Origin: the human T2T-CHM13v2.0 reference genome, Homo sapiens
Strand: one strand, 5' to 3'
Assembly: GCF_009914755.1 (NCBI RefSeq)
Contig: NC_060937.1
Length of the DNA: 64,000 nucleotides
This document shows, piece by piece, positions 32,504 to 45,490 of the stretch; within the stretch, counting starts at the first letter, position 1, and every line of letters starts with the position of its first letter. The notes under the pieces are model-generated. The model was not told the DNA's origin, ran no database searches, and saw only the letters and a program-made list of their open reading frames with translations. A program made the position numbers and the translations under genes.

Positions 32504-33527
32504 ATGAGAAAAAACCAGTGCGAAAAGGTTGAAAATTCCAAAAACCAGGATGCGTCTTCTTTCCCAAAGGATCACAACACCTCGCCAGCAATGGAACAAA
32601 ACTGGACAGAGAATGAGTTTGATAAATTGACAGAAGTAGGCTTCAGAAGGTGGGTAATAACAAACTCCTCTGAGCTAAAGGAGCATGTACTAACCCAATG
32701 CATGGAAGCTAAGAACCTTGATATAAGGTTACAGGAACTGCTAATTAGAATAACCAGTTTAGAGAGGAACATAAATGACCTAATGGAGCTGAAAAACACA
32801 GCACAAGAACTTCGTGAAGCATACACAAGTATCAATAGCCAAATCGATCAAGCAGAAGAAAGGATGTCAGAGATTGAACATCAAATTAATGAAATAAAAT
32901 GTGAAGACAAGTTAGAGAAAAAAGACTTAAAAGGAATGAACAAAGCCTCCAAGAAATATGGGAATATGTGAAGAGACCAAGCCTACATTTGATTGGTGTA
33001 CCGGAAAGGGATGGGGAGAATGGAACCAAGTTGGAAAACACTCTTCAGGATATTATCAAGGAGAACTTCCCCAACCTAGAAAGACAGCCCAACATTCAAA
33101 TTCAGGAAATACAGAGAACACCACAAAGATATTCCTTGAGAAGAGCAACCCCAAGACATATAATCATCAGATTCACAAATGTTGAAATGAAGGAAAAAAT
33201 GTTAAGGGCAGCCAGAGAGAAAGGTCGGGTTGCCCACAAAGGGAAGCCCATCAGACTAACAGCAGATCTCTCTGCAGAAACCCTACAAGCCAGAAGAGAG
33301 TGGTGGCCCAAAATTCAACATTCTTAAATTCTTTTCTTTAACCCAGAATTTCATATCCAGCCAAACTAAGTTTCATAAGTGAATGATAAATAAAATCCTT
33401 TACACACAGGCAAATGCTGAGGGATTTTGTCGCCACCAGGCCTGCCTTACAAGAGCTCCTGAAGGAAGCACTAAATATGGAAAGGAAAAACCAGTACCAG
33501 GCACTGCAAAAACATACCAAAATGTAA
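32504..33527 (+). pseudogene. L1 ORF1p, frameshifted
   Basis: MRKNQCEKVENSKNQ...EQNWTENEFD...; after a frameshift KRPSLHLIGVPE...PRHIIIRF...LRAAREKG...KGKPIRLTADLSAETLQARREW. Confidence 0.92.
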
Positions 33528-33590
33528 AGACCATCAACACTACGAAGAAACAGCATCAACTAATAGGCAAAATAACCAGCTAGCATCATA

Positions 33591-36500
33591 ATGACAGGAT
33601 CAAATACACACAAAACAATATTAACCTTAAATGTAAACTGGCTAAATGCCCCAATTAAAAGACACAGACTGGTAAATTGGATGAAGATTCAAAACCCATT
33701 GGTATGCTGTATTCAGGAGACCCATCTCACACATAGGCTCAAGATAAAGGTATGGAGGAAGTTTTTTTTTTTTTTGCTTTTCATTTGCTTATAAAAAAAA
33801 AAAAGCAGGGGTTGCAATCCTAGTCTCTGATAAAACAGACTTTAAACCAACAAAAATCAAAAAAGACATAGGGATCAATGCAACAAGAAGAGGTAACTAT
33901 CCTAAATGTGTATGCACCCAATAAAGGAGCACCCAGATTCATAAAGCAAGTTCTTAGAGACCTACAAAGAGACTTAGAGTCCCAAACAATAATAGTGGGA
34001 GACTTTAACACCCCCCTGTCTGTATTAGACAGATCAACGGGACAAAAAATTAACAAGGATATTCAGGACTTGAACTCAGCTCTGGACCAAGCAAGCCTAA
34101 TAGACATCTACAGAACTCTCCACTCCAAATCAACAGAATATACATTCTTCTCAGCACCACGTTGCACCTATTCTAAAATTCACCATGTAATTGGAAGTAA
34201 AACACTCCTCAGTCCTTAGCAAATGCAAAAGAATGGAAATCACAGAAGTCTCTCAGACCACATTGCAATCAAATGGATTAAGAAACTCACTGAAAACCAC
34301 GCAACTACATGGAACTTGAACAACCTACTCCTGAATGACTACTGGGTAAATAAAGAAATTAAGGCAGAAATAAATTCTTTGGAACCAATGAGAACAAAGA
34401 CACAATGTACTGGAATATCTGGCACACATTTAAAGCAGTGTGTAGAGGGAAATTTATAGCACTAAATGCCCACAGGAGAAGGTGGGAAAGATCTAAAACT
34501 GACAGCCTAACATCACAATTAAAAGAACTAGAGAAGCAACAGCAAACAAATTCAAAAGGTAGCAGAAGAAATAACTAAGATCAGAGCAAAACTGAAGGAG
34601 ACAGACGTGAAAAACCCTTAAAAAAAAAAATCAATGAATCCAGGAGCTGGTTTTTTTTTGAAAAGATTAACAAAATAGATAGACTTCTAACTAGACTAAC
34701 AAAGAAGAAAAGAGAAGAATCAATTAGACACACCAAAAAAATGATAAAGGGGATATAACCACCGATGCCACAGAAATACAAACTACCATCAGAGAATACT
34801 ATAAACACCTCTACACAAATAAACTAGAAAATCTAGAAGAAATGGATAAATTCCTGGACACATACACCCTCCCAAGACTAAACCAGGAAGAAGGTGAATC
34901 CCTAAATAGAACAATAACAAGTTCTGAAATTGAGGCAGTAATTAATAGCCAACTAACCAAAAAAAGCCCAGGACCAGATGGATTCACAGCCAAATTCTAC
35001 TAGAGGTGCAAAGAGGAGCTGTTACCATTCCTTCTAAAACTATCCCAAGCAATAGAAGTAGAAGGACCCCTCCCTAACTCTTTTTATGAAGCCAGCATTA
35101 TCCTGATACCAAAACCTGGCAGAGACACAGCAAAAAAAGAGAAAATTTCAGGCCAGTATTCCTGATGAACATCGATGTGAAAATCCTCAATAAAATACTG
35201 GCCAACCGAACCCAGTGGCACATTAAAAAGCTTATCCACCACGATTAAGTCGGCTTCATCCCTGGGATGCAAGGCTGGTTCAACATATTCAAATAGATAA
35301 ACATAATACTTCACATAAACAGAACCAATGACAAAAACCACATGATTATCTCAATAGATGCACAAAAGGCTTTCAATAAAATTCAACACCCCTTCATGCT
35401 AAAAACTCTCAATAAACTAGGTATTCATGGAACATACCTCAAAATAATAAGAGCTATTTATGACAAACCCACAGCCAATATCATACTGAATGGGCAAAAG
35501 ATGGACGCATTCCCTTTAAAAACTGGCAGAAGATAAGAATGCCCTCTCTGACCACTCCTATTCAACATAGTATTGGAAGTTCTGGCCAGGGCAATTAGGC
35601 AAGAGAAATAAATAAAGGATATTCAAATAGGAAGAGAGGAAGTCAAATTACCTCTGTTTGCAGATGACATGATAGTGTATTTAGAAAACCCCATCGTCTC
35701 AGCCCAAAAACTCCTTAAGTTGATAAGCAACTTCAGCAAAGTCTCAGGATACAAAATCAATGTCCAAAAATCACAAGCATTCCAATACAACAACAATAGA
35801 CAAAGAGAGCCAAATCATGAGTAAACTCCCATTTACAATTGCTACAAAGAGAATAACATACCTAGGAATACAACTTACAAGGGATGTGAAGGACCTCTTC
35901 AAGGAGGATTATGAATCACTGCACAAGGAAATAAGAGAAGACACAAAAAAATGGAAAAACATTCAATGCTCATGGTTAGGAAGAATTAATATCATGAAAA
36001 TAGCCATACTGCCCAAAGTAATTTATGGATTCAATGCTATTCCCATTAAGCTACCATTGACTCTCTTGGCAGAATTAGAAAAAAACTACTTTAAATTTCA
36101 TATGGAATCAAAAAGAGCCTATATAGCCAAGACAATACTAAGCAGAAAGAACAAAGCTGGAGGCATCCTGATGCTACCTGACTTCAAACTATATTGCAAG
36201 GCAACAGTAACCAAAGCAGCATGATACTGGTACTAAAACATATATAGACCAATGGAACAGAACAGAGGCCTCATAAATAACACCACACGTCTACATCTAC
36301 CATCTGATCTTTGACAAACCTGACAAAAACAAGCAATGGGGAAAGGATTCCCTATTTAATAAATGGTGTTGGGAAAACTGGCTAGCCATATGCAGAAAAC
36401 TGAAACTGGATCCTTTCCTTACACCTTATACAAAAATTAACTCAAGATGGATTAAAGATTTAAATGTAAGACCTAAAACCATAAAAACCTTAGAAGAAAA

Positions 36501-37384
36501 CCTAGGCAATACCATTCAGGACATAGGCATGGGCAAAGACTTCATGACTAAAACACCAAAAGCAATGGCAACAAAAGCCGAAATTGACAAATGGGATCTC
36601 ATTAAACTAAAGAGCTTCTGCACAGCAAAAGAAACTATGATCAGAGTGAACAGGCAACCTACAGAACGGAAGAAAATTTTTGCAATCTATTCATCTGACA
36701 AAGGGCTAAGGTACAGAATCTACAAGGAACTGAAACAAATTTACAAGAAAAAAAAGCAGCCCCATCAAAAAGTGGGTGAAGGATATGAACAGACACTTCT
36801 CAAAATAAGACATTTGTGTGGCCAAGAAACATATGAAAAAAAGCTCATCATCACTGGTCATAAGAGAAATGCAAATCAAAACCACATTGAGATACCATCT
36901 CATGCCAGTAAGAATGGCGATCAATAAAAAGTAAGGAAACAACAGATGTTGGAGAGGATCTGGTGAAATAGGAACACTTTTACACTGTTGATGGGAGTGT
37001 AAATTAGTTCAACCATTGTGAAGACAGTGTGGTGATTCCTCAAGGATCTAGAACCAGAAATAGCATTTGACCCAGCAATCCCATTACCGGGTATATACCC
37101 AAAGGATTATAAATCATTCTACTATAAAGACACATGCACATATGCTTATTGCAGCACTATTCACAATAGCAAAGACTTGGAACCAACCCAAATTCCCATC
37201 AGTGATAGACTGGATAAAGAAAATGTGGCACATACACACCATGGGATACTATGCAGCCGTAAAAAAGGATGAGTTCACATCCTTTGCAGGAACACAGATG
37301 AAACCAAAAACCATCATTCTCAGCAAACTAACACAGGAACAGAAAACCAAACACCGCATGTTCCCACTCATAAGTGGGAGTTGA
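33591..37384 (+). pseudogene. L1 ORF2p (EN/RT), broken by stops, frameshifts, deletions and a micro-inversion
   Basis: MTGSNTHKTILTLNVN...CCIQETHL; [10 protein letters not shown]; [19 protein letters not shown]; tttgcagatgac; C-terminus HRMFPLISGS. Confidence 0.92.
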
Positions 37385-39534
37385 GCAATGAGAACAGATG
37401 GACACAGGGAGGGGAACACCATACACTGGGGCCTGTTAGGGGTGGAAGACTGGGGGAGGGATAGCATTAGGAGAAATACCTAATGTAGATGACAGGTTGA
37501 GCGGTGCAGCAAACCACCATGGCACATGTATACCTATGTAACAAACCTGCGTGTTCTGCACATGTATCCCAGAACTTAAGTATAATAAAAAATAAAAATA
37601 ATAAAAATAAAACATTGCATTTGATTACTATTGGAACAACATGGCCGCAGGCATCAGGTCAGTGGGCTCACTCCTCCATATGGACTGTGATAGTATATTC
37701 CTAAAAATCCATAACTTGCTTTAGAAGAAAGCAAAAAAAACAATGCTTCCCTATTTACTACATATTTCTCCCAGCTTAGGAGATGGATTTCCAGTGGAGC
37801 TATTCTGATTTGAGCTCTTCTCACTGATTGGCTGCCAATGTGGATTTCATAAAAATCTCACCTTTCAAATATGCACTAAGGAGAATGGTGTGATATTAAA
37901 TAGCGACCAACTGCAATAAGCAGAGCAAAATGAAACCTTTTATAAGATTCTTATTTTCTAAAGACATATAATTTCCAAGTTTCAGTTCCAAAAATACAGC
38001 CTTATTTCTTTAGCATTAGAACACGAAACCAAAAGAAAACAGCTGTTACACAACAATTGATAGAGGATACTTAGGTAAGGAGCGTAAGATAACTGAATGC
38101 CACCTCCAACTCCCTCCAACCACAATTCCATCCATGTTCTCCTCTTATGGTGAAAAAAAAAGAAAAAGAAAACAGATGAGTCTACTACCATAATTCAAGT
38201 TAACGAATGACAGCCTAAGATAATTAAAAGGACTCTTTAGCAATTTATGATAATGTACAATCATATTCTTTTCTCCTAAAAGACTTTTGCATTATTGTAT
38301 TTATTTCTTATTAAGAAGAAATATCACTCGCCTTGCAACAGATGTGAAATTATCCTTATTAGATACTTTTCTTTGACATTGGTATTTTAACACTGTGATT
38401 AAACCAGATGGAAGACAACTTTTTTTTTTTTTTAAAAGGATCCGGGAGGGAAGAGGAAAGAAAACACAGCCAGGTACTTTCAGATCCTAGTTGCCATAAC
38501 AACTCGAGTCAGCTTCCATCATTAAATTATTTTTTGATCATGCTTATGGATTTTTTGTATAAAAAAGAGATTCATTAATTTCATGTACTTATGTTCTATT
38601 GAAAAAATTATTCTCCTTTTGAGAACAGCTCATAGTCTATTTTATTAAACAGAAGCAGAAAAGTACTGTAAACTCCCCCTCAAAACTATAAAACACAAGG
38701 GCTCCCCAAAGAAAGCTTAGAAGCATTATATAGCACCATCACAGCCTTCTGATGATATTTTTAAAGGGTATTTTGTTTCCATGAAAATTAAATACTTCTG
38801 GTAATTTTACAATATGAGAATTATCTGTATTTTTTCTCTGTTTCAATAGGCCAATTCAAAAATTGTTGGTGATAACACCACCAAAACATATTGCAGTAAA
38901 TTGTTTTCCTTCTGTCTCTTTTGTCTATTGTTTAATCTCTGGGTCTGAACACATCTGGAAAACAGTGAAGTCAGCGGGAAGTGTGAGAAGCTGGTATCCA
39001 AGCAAGTTGCTTCCTAGCAACAGCAGCCAGGAAAAACAGACTCATTTGTCAAGTGGTCCCAATGCAGGAAGTCAGGAGGCCCTGGGGAATGATAATGGCA
39101 TATTCAAAGTGCAAAATATGTTAACATTTACCCTCCCAAATTGGAATATTTGATGTCCTCTATAAACAAGGTGTCCACACTTGAAAAGGAGCCCAAAGAG
39201 CGACAATGGCCCAGTATAGAGGACTGCTTCTCACACTTCTGGGATAAAGCACTGATTTGTATGAGTGTACATGTGTGCGTGCACCCAATTCATCACAAAT
39301 TGTTACTTTGTAAAACACACTAATTCAGAAAAATGAAATAAAGAAGACGTACAAAATACAAACCCAAACTTTAAGTATTACAGTCAGCTAAAATAAAATC
39401 CTCTGATTCATGGCTTAAGTGATTCTAAACACTTACCCTCAATTTCTGTCCACACCTTCCTCACAAGCCAGAAACAGCGGACCGACTGCTCCGGAGAGAA
39501 GACCTCCACACTTGAAGTAGCTCTGGTTTTGAGT

Positions 39535-39680
39535 GGAGCGTCTCAAACTTATGAGGATCACCTGGTGAGCCTGTTAAACACAAATCCCTGAGCCGCACCC
39601 TCAGAAAGTCTGATTGAATCAACCTGGAGGAGGGATAGAGAATTCGCTTTTCTGACAAGCTCACAGGTGTTACCAATGTA
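39535..39680. mobile_element. MER5A-like hAT-Charlie MITE
   Basis: tctcaaactt...gatcacctgg...tgttaaacacaaatccctgagccgcaccctcagaaagtctgatt...ttttctgacaagctcacaggtg. Confidence 0.7.
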
Positions 39681-40324
39681 GAAGCGGCAGCACTATAGAA
39701 GGCTTGATGTACTATATGGTATCATTGCCTAATGCTCTCAGTATGGACATCCTGTTACATTAAACCATAAAAATCCTGAGAGCTGGGCAGGGATACAATT
39801 TTGCCCAGAAAGAAAGGCAGGAAGCTAAGACTTCAATTCCTCCAGTGGTTCTTCATCATTATTAATGCAAAAGGTAAATGTCATAGCTCACATCACAAAG
39901 TTTTTCAAGATCTGCCTCATTCCCCCATTGTTGTCAGTTTTTTTCTATTCTGCACACTTTCCCAATATGGAATTTATACTTCTGATACAAGGAATGACAG
40001 GTAGATAGAATCCTGAAAGCACCAGTGTTCTCATTGTTCCCATGCTTTCCTGCTTTCATTCCCTCTGCCTAGAAAGGCTTCTGCTCCCCTCAGCCCAATT
40101 CCCTTTCCTTCTTCTTATTCATTCCACAAATACTTTTGAGCTACCAAATTAATTTTTTAGAATTTTTATATGGGGTTTAAATGGGATAATGCATTTAAAG
40201 GGCTTAGAATGGAATACAGCACATGGTAAGCACTTGATGATGATGGTGGTGATGATGACAATGATTGTGCTGACAAGGACATTGAGGTTATATGATGATT
40301 AGAGGACCTTTTGTAACTACTGAC

Positions 40325-40628
40325 TTTTTTTTTTTACTTTAATTTCTGGGCGACATGTGCAGAACGTGCAGGTTTGTTACATAGGTATACATGTGCCATA
40401 GTAGTTTGCTGCACCCATCAACCTGTCATCTAGGTTTTAAGCCCTGCATGCATTAGGTATTTCTCCTAATGCTCTCCCTCCCCTTGCCCCCCAGCCCCCG
40501 ACAGGCCCCGGTGTGTGATGTTCCCCTCCCTGTGTCCATGTGTTCTCATTGTTCAACTCCCACCTATGAGTGAGAACATGCGGTGTTTGGTGTTCTGTTC
40601 CTGTGTTAGTTTGCTGAGAATGATGGCT
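40325..40628 (-). mobile_element. Short L1PA8-like 3' end
   Basis: Poly-T then acatgtgcagaacgtgcagg...ctaggttttaagccctgcatgcattagg. Confidence 0.92.
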
Positions 40629-40994
40629 TTTAAGTCACCTCAATTCAACTATGAAACTTCACTGTAGGAACTGTGTTTTTTACAGCAATATTTCATTTCC
40701 TAATGAGGTTTCTAGGATATAGTTTGCTAAGACATTGGTAGGAACCAGAAGGGTCATAACATACAACTTTATCTAACCCTATTCTTTTTCCACTATGCCA
40801 TATTGTATCTTTTTTAAAATGTCCATTTCCAGCCTCCCTATTGCAGAGTTAAGAAACACAAAGAAAGACTCTCTTTCTGTCATTTTAAATAACCCTTGGT
40901 CAAAGCAAAGCAATTACTTGTTAATTTACCTGTTGGATTATTTCAGACCTTGTAGAAGTGGCTAACATTTTTTGAGTTGTGTAAATGGAAAATG

Positions 40995-41354
40995 GCAGTG
41001 GCAGTGTGGAGATGTGTTACTGAGATCTCCCCTCAAGAAAGAACTTGGCTTCAGCTGCAAGAAGTACAGATTCAGGATCTGTCTCAGCTTTCAAATCAAG
41101 GCTATGGTCTTCTCAAGCAGCCCCCAGTCAATGATGAAGAATGGCAGGGTAGTAGGGTTTGACTATTTGTGCCTAGTTAGGATTCCGTTAATGGGGAGTC
41201 TTTACTATAGAGCTTCCATTGACATGTCTGAAATGTTTTCTGATCTGCATCTTGGTATGAGGCTCTTCCTCCTGCCTTGCCTTGCACAGTTGTTACTCCA
41301 TGTGTGCCTCTCAATTCATCTCTGTGTCTCTTTCCTAGAGGACTCAAATAACAC
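40995..41354 (+). mobile_element. LTR16-like (ERVL) solo LTR
   Basis: Start resembles tgtgg...agatctcccctcaag; end resembles catctctgtgtctctttcctagaggactcaaataacaca. Confidence 0.5.
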
Positions 41355-42527
41355 AGGAACATAAAAAAGCAAAATGATGCTTTTAGCTTTCTTGATGGGA
41401 AATGAAGAATTGAGTCAAACTAGGGTTTAGGTAAAACAAAGCAAAGAAAAAAAATTGGAAAAAGATAGAAGCAAGACCTGCAAAGCACTTCCCCCATTTA
41501 TCTGAGATTAGACACAAAGAGGAATAATTTTGTCTCCCACCTGCTGAGACACTCCATTCTTTACCCCTCAACGTGTTGTTGTCACTACTGCCATTTGAAC
41601 TTCTTTGTTTCTATCACCATTTTTCTCTATGTGTATGTTCCAGATGCTTTCAGACTTCAGGGCTAATATTCACAAGTCACTTTTCATCTTGTTTGTATTC
41701 AGAGAGTCATCATAGCTTCTGTGTGTGACTGAAGGCAATTTGAGGTGCCTTCTCAACTAGTTAACAGCTAAGAACAGGAAGATAGAGCCAAATTTTCTTT
41801 TTTACATAGAAAAAAGGCACAGCTATGACAACATAGAAAAAGGTAAATTTATTCAAACACCTACTGATAAACTGTGAAGGAGATTTATACTAAGTCAGGG
41901 GTTCTTAGTCTCTTTGGAGTCTGAAATACCTTTGAATATGATATGAAAGCTATGAACTCAGTCCCTAGATAAAAGAGGAATTTGAATGAGGACCTTAAGG
42001 TATTTTGTTCTACTATCCTCCTTTCATTATAATCAATGTTTTCCTATTAATAATGAATGCATACTAGGATCATATTTTATGATATTAATGAATGTTTTCA
42101 TTCACAGTAGTTAGTTTTATTTATTGCACTTCCATAAATAAAATGACTTTGCAATTCTGCCTCAGGGAGGGGAAGCTTTGGCAAAATAAATTAATAAATA
42201 CACTATTAAATAAAATTTTATTTGGCATTTGGTTTATCAAAACCGATTCATTGACATAAATAATACATTTGGAAGAATACCTGCCTATTCAAATTTTTTC
42301 ATCTTACAGCAGATAAAAATTCCTAGTGCACAGATGGGGAAATGAGAGTGTGTTTTGCTAATAGTGATACTTTTCCTTCAAAAATAATAACAGAAAGGTA
42401 ATTTGTGCACTTGAATACAAGGTATAGAAATAAACAGAAAATTGAGTTAAATGTCAGAGATTCAGGGGCACTGAAATCTCTGCAGATAATGAGAATGTGA
42501 TTCTATTTTGAGAAGACGTGATTCCTA

Positions 42528-43083
42528 ATGTATGAGTTAGCTTTTGCCATGTAACAAGCTCCCCTTCCTCTTGCAATTGAGTAGTTTAAAATAATTACCA
42601 TTTACATAGTTCATGATTCTGTGGGTTAGAAATGTAGACTGGGTTCTTTAGGTCTCAGCTCACCTCTCCCACGCATCTTCACTCAGCAGGAGCAGGGAAA
42701 GCAAGGGTAAGAGGTTTTGCTGATACCTCCTTCTCATACATGAGAACTTGGCTAGGAAAGCAGGGTTGATGCAGTCCTGGAGCACATAGTCTGTCATTTT
42801 CCAGCAAGCTAGCACTGGTGTGCTCAGAGGTGATCAGAATGGGACAGGAGGGGTCCCAAGAGAGATAACAAAAAGTGTGGTATGCAAAGTGTCTTTGAAA
42901 CTAGTATTGAAATGAAAACCTATTATTTCCACTGTGTCTGTTGGCCAAAACAAGTCACAAAGCCAGTCCGGATTCAAGGGGATGGCAGGGTCTCTACCTT
43001 TTGATGAGAGAGCCTGCAAAGTCACATTATTAAGGTTATGGCCAGAGAACAGTAAAGGACTGTGACCATTTTTGCAATCTACA
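42528..43083 (-). mobile_element. MLT1 (G/H-like) MaLR LTR
   Basis: tgtatgagttagcttttgccatgtaacaa...tcatgattctgtgggt...aagtcacaaagccagtccggattcaaggg...ccatttttgcaatctaca. Confidence 0.8.
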
Positions 43084-43549
43084 TATTCAATAAAATATTT
43101 GAACTGAAATCACCTTAATATCTCTGAATAAAATCTCATCACCATCAACCTTCATTTTACAGTGTTTCATATCACCATATTCACCCTTAAACAGATAAAT
43201 AGAAAAAGTTACCTTTGGAGCCCAGTGAACACTATAGTTCTTGGAAGAAGTAACTACCTAACTATGGCATCAAGTGCCCTATTAAAGACTTGTGTCCTAT
43301 GAGGTTGACTGTCAACTGACAGTTTATCTAATAGTTCCTTAAGTGCTGGCTGCAATGCCTTCCCTCCCTGATATCTACAAGGCACCTTCTATCAAAATGA
43401 AAATTCTATCCCTTCTCTGGCATTTACAGGACTTTGGTTTCATACTCTTTGGCATGAATCATATCTGCATTCATAGACTCATGGACTCATGGTTTACTGT
43501 GATCCACTACAATAGCAGATGGGCCTCTCCATGCACAAGTGCAAAGATT

Positions 43550-43740
43550 AGTGCAGCAATGTTAATATTTTGAGGGAGTCACAGGTACCTTTGAGAAGAC
43601 AGAAACTACGAACGCTTGAAAAATATACATCACACATTGATGCAAAATTTTGTACATAATTTCAGGATGTCCATAGACCTCCTAATGCTCCTCCTTGGAG
43701 TATCTAAGAGTCTATGAACCCCATTTGAAGGATCCTGCTC
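43550..43740. mobile_element. Ancient hAT-type DNA transposon remnant (related fragment at ~41895-41975)
   Basis: gagtcacaggtacctttgagaa...aaaattttgtacataatttcagg...atgaacccc resembles Charlie-type MITEs; subfamily not determined. Confidence 0.45.
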
Positions 43741-44079
43741 TCAATTATGAAAATAAATGCTCTTATATTACAGCATTAAGCTACTTCAATCAGAGGTAGC
43801 AAGAGAGCATAAAAGAGCAGCCAAAGGTATTTTGAAGGCATAGTCACCAAGTTCTGACTTCCCAAACAATTAATGTTCAGGCATTATTTATTCTGAGACA
43901 GACAAGTCTCCAGCCTCTCTTCCCAAATGTGAAAGAACAGAAACAAACTCCTAAGCATGAATCTCACAATCAGTTACAGAATCGCCATCTGTGGTTGTGA
44001 CAGCAGAAACGTCCCTTAGGCCACCCCCCTCTCTCAATTGAGAAGGTAGAACTTGATGCTCTTCGAGTAAGTAAGACAC

Positions 44080-44275
44080 TGCTTCTATTACACTGATACA
44101 TTTACAGAATAAATAAATGATATCATAGATTTGCTTCAAAATAATCCAGGGTGGGAGGAGTATATGAATAAAACAAAATTGGTCACACGCATGTAATTAC
44201 TGAAGCTGAGTGATGAGAGAATAAATTCTCTCTACTTTGTTACATATTTGAATTTTCTGTAATGGAAAAATAAAG
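44080..44275 (+). mobile_element. Old L1M 3' terminus
   Basis: gatttgcttcaaaataatccag...tgaagctgagtgatg...ctctctactttg...tttgaattttctgtaat. Confidence 0.65.
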
Positions 44276-45289
44276 ACAGAAAGGGACTTAAATGTTTATT
44301 TCAAAAGAAGTCAGGCCAGGTAAAACAGAGGAGCAGAAATGTATAACCTTCTTACCAACCATTCTAGAATGAAGGGGGTTTCTAAGTCCTTCTTTGCTCT
44401 TTTCTACATGACCACAATATCTCTTTGGTCCTCTTATTTCATTTTAAAAGTACCTTTGGCCTGACTTTTTACTCGTTCAAGGAGGTTATGAAAAATGATT
44501 TAAGAACAGTAAGACAAATGTTGACTCTTGGTTAACATAGGATATGTCACCTTCAGTCACTTGGGCTCCTCCACTCTCTGCTTTAGGGTTTCTTGACCAA
44601 TCAGATGGGACTCCTAAGACACGTTGCTAGGAAGCAACTCGTTCTTTGATATCAACTTCTCACACTGCCTGCTGTCCTCCCTGTTTTCTAGACTAACTCA
44701 ACCTGAGCAATAAAGAACACAGATGCCAGCTGATGAACAGTGGCCAGAACGTCACAAACTTAGAGCCTCAGTTTTTTTAACTTCCAAATGAAGGAAAGTC
44801 CAAACTGATCTGCTCAACAGGATTATTTCAAACTACAAATTAAACAGTTAAATGAGGCAGTGACTATGGCAGCTGTTTGTAAATTCTAAAGGGATTTGTT
44901 TCAGACTGTGTTGATGGAGTTGCTCCAGGGGTCTCTGAGAGCATAGTGCTCCCTCTGGCCCACCCCAGCCTCCTCCAGAGGAGCTCTGTTTCAATCTTTT
45001 CTTGTATATGGGGCTCTGTGGAGAATTTCAGTTGAAAAATTGTTCTGATGCTAACAAAGATAAGGTTAAAAGTTGGGAGCTGCTTCCAGCTAAATAGTAG
45101 TTATGAGAAAAAAATCCCTGAAATCACGAATCTTGTCAATGGAAAAATACAATTTGATTTGACATATAGGTTCTGTCTATTTGCTATTTTATAGGTACAT
45201 ATATGCATATATTTAACAAAAAAAAGTCTTTTAGGAATGCATCTATTAAAGAAAGCAGGGTAGATTACAATGTCTCAGAAGAGGGGATG

Positions 45290-45490
45290 CATGCAATGGA
45301 AACAGCAGCATTCTGGAACCAGAATAAGAATCAGATAACCTGGGTTTGAATCCTGACACCACCTTTTAGTACTGGTATGATTTTGAATAAACAGTTTTAT
45401 GGGTTTGTTCACAGTTTCTTCAACTGCGACCTGTTTAAAATAATGTTTGTCATGTTGCAAAGGTTACATAAAAATTTTAAATGCCTGGTA
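45290..45490 (+). mobile_element. MIR
   Basis: cctgggtttgaatcctgacaccacc...cagtttcttcaactg. Confidence 0.6.

Larger units (their letters stand above)
31153..37607 (+). mobile_element. Full-length (~6.45 kb) L1PA7-like element, retrotransposition-incompetent
   Basis: 5'UTR begins (ga)agatggctgaacagg; ORF1, ORF2, 3'UTR and A-rich tail present; perfect 17-bp TSD taaaacattgcatttga at 31136-31152 and 37608-37624. Confidence 0.96.

Noticed and set aside
31153-37607. Active (hot) L1
   Set aside because: Both ORFs carry frameshifts, stops, deletions and an inversion; old subfamily with a CpG-decayed 5'UTR.
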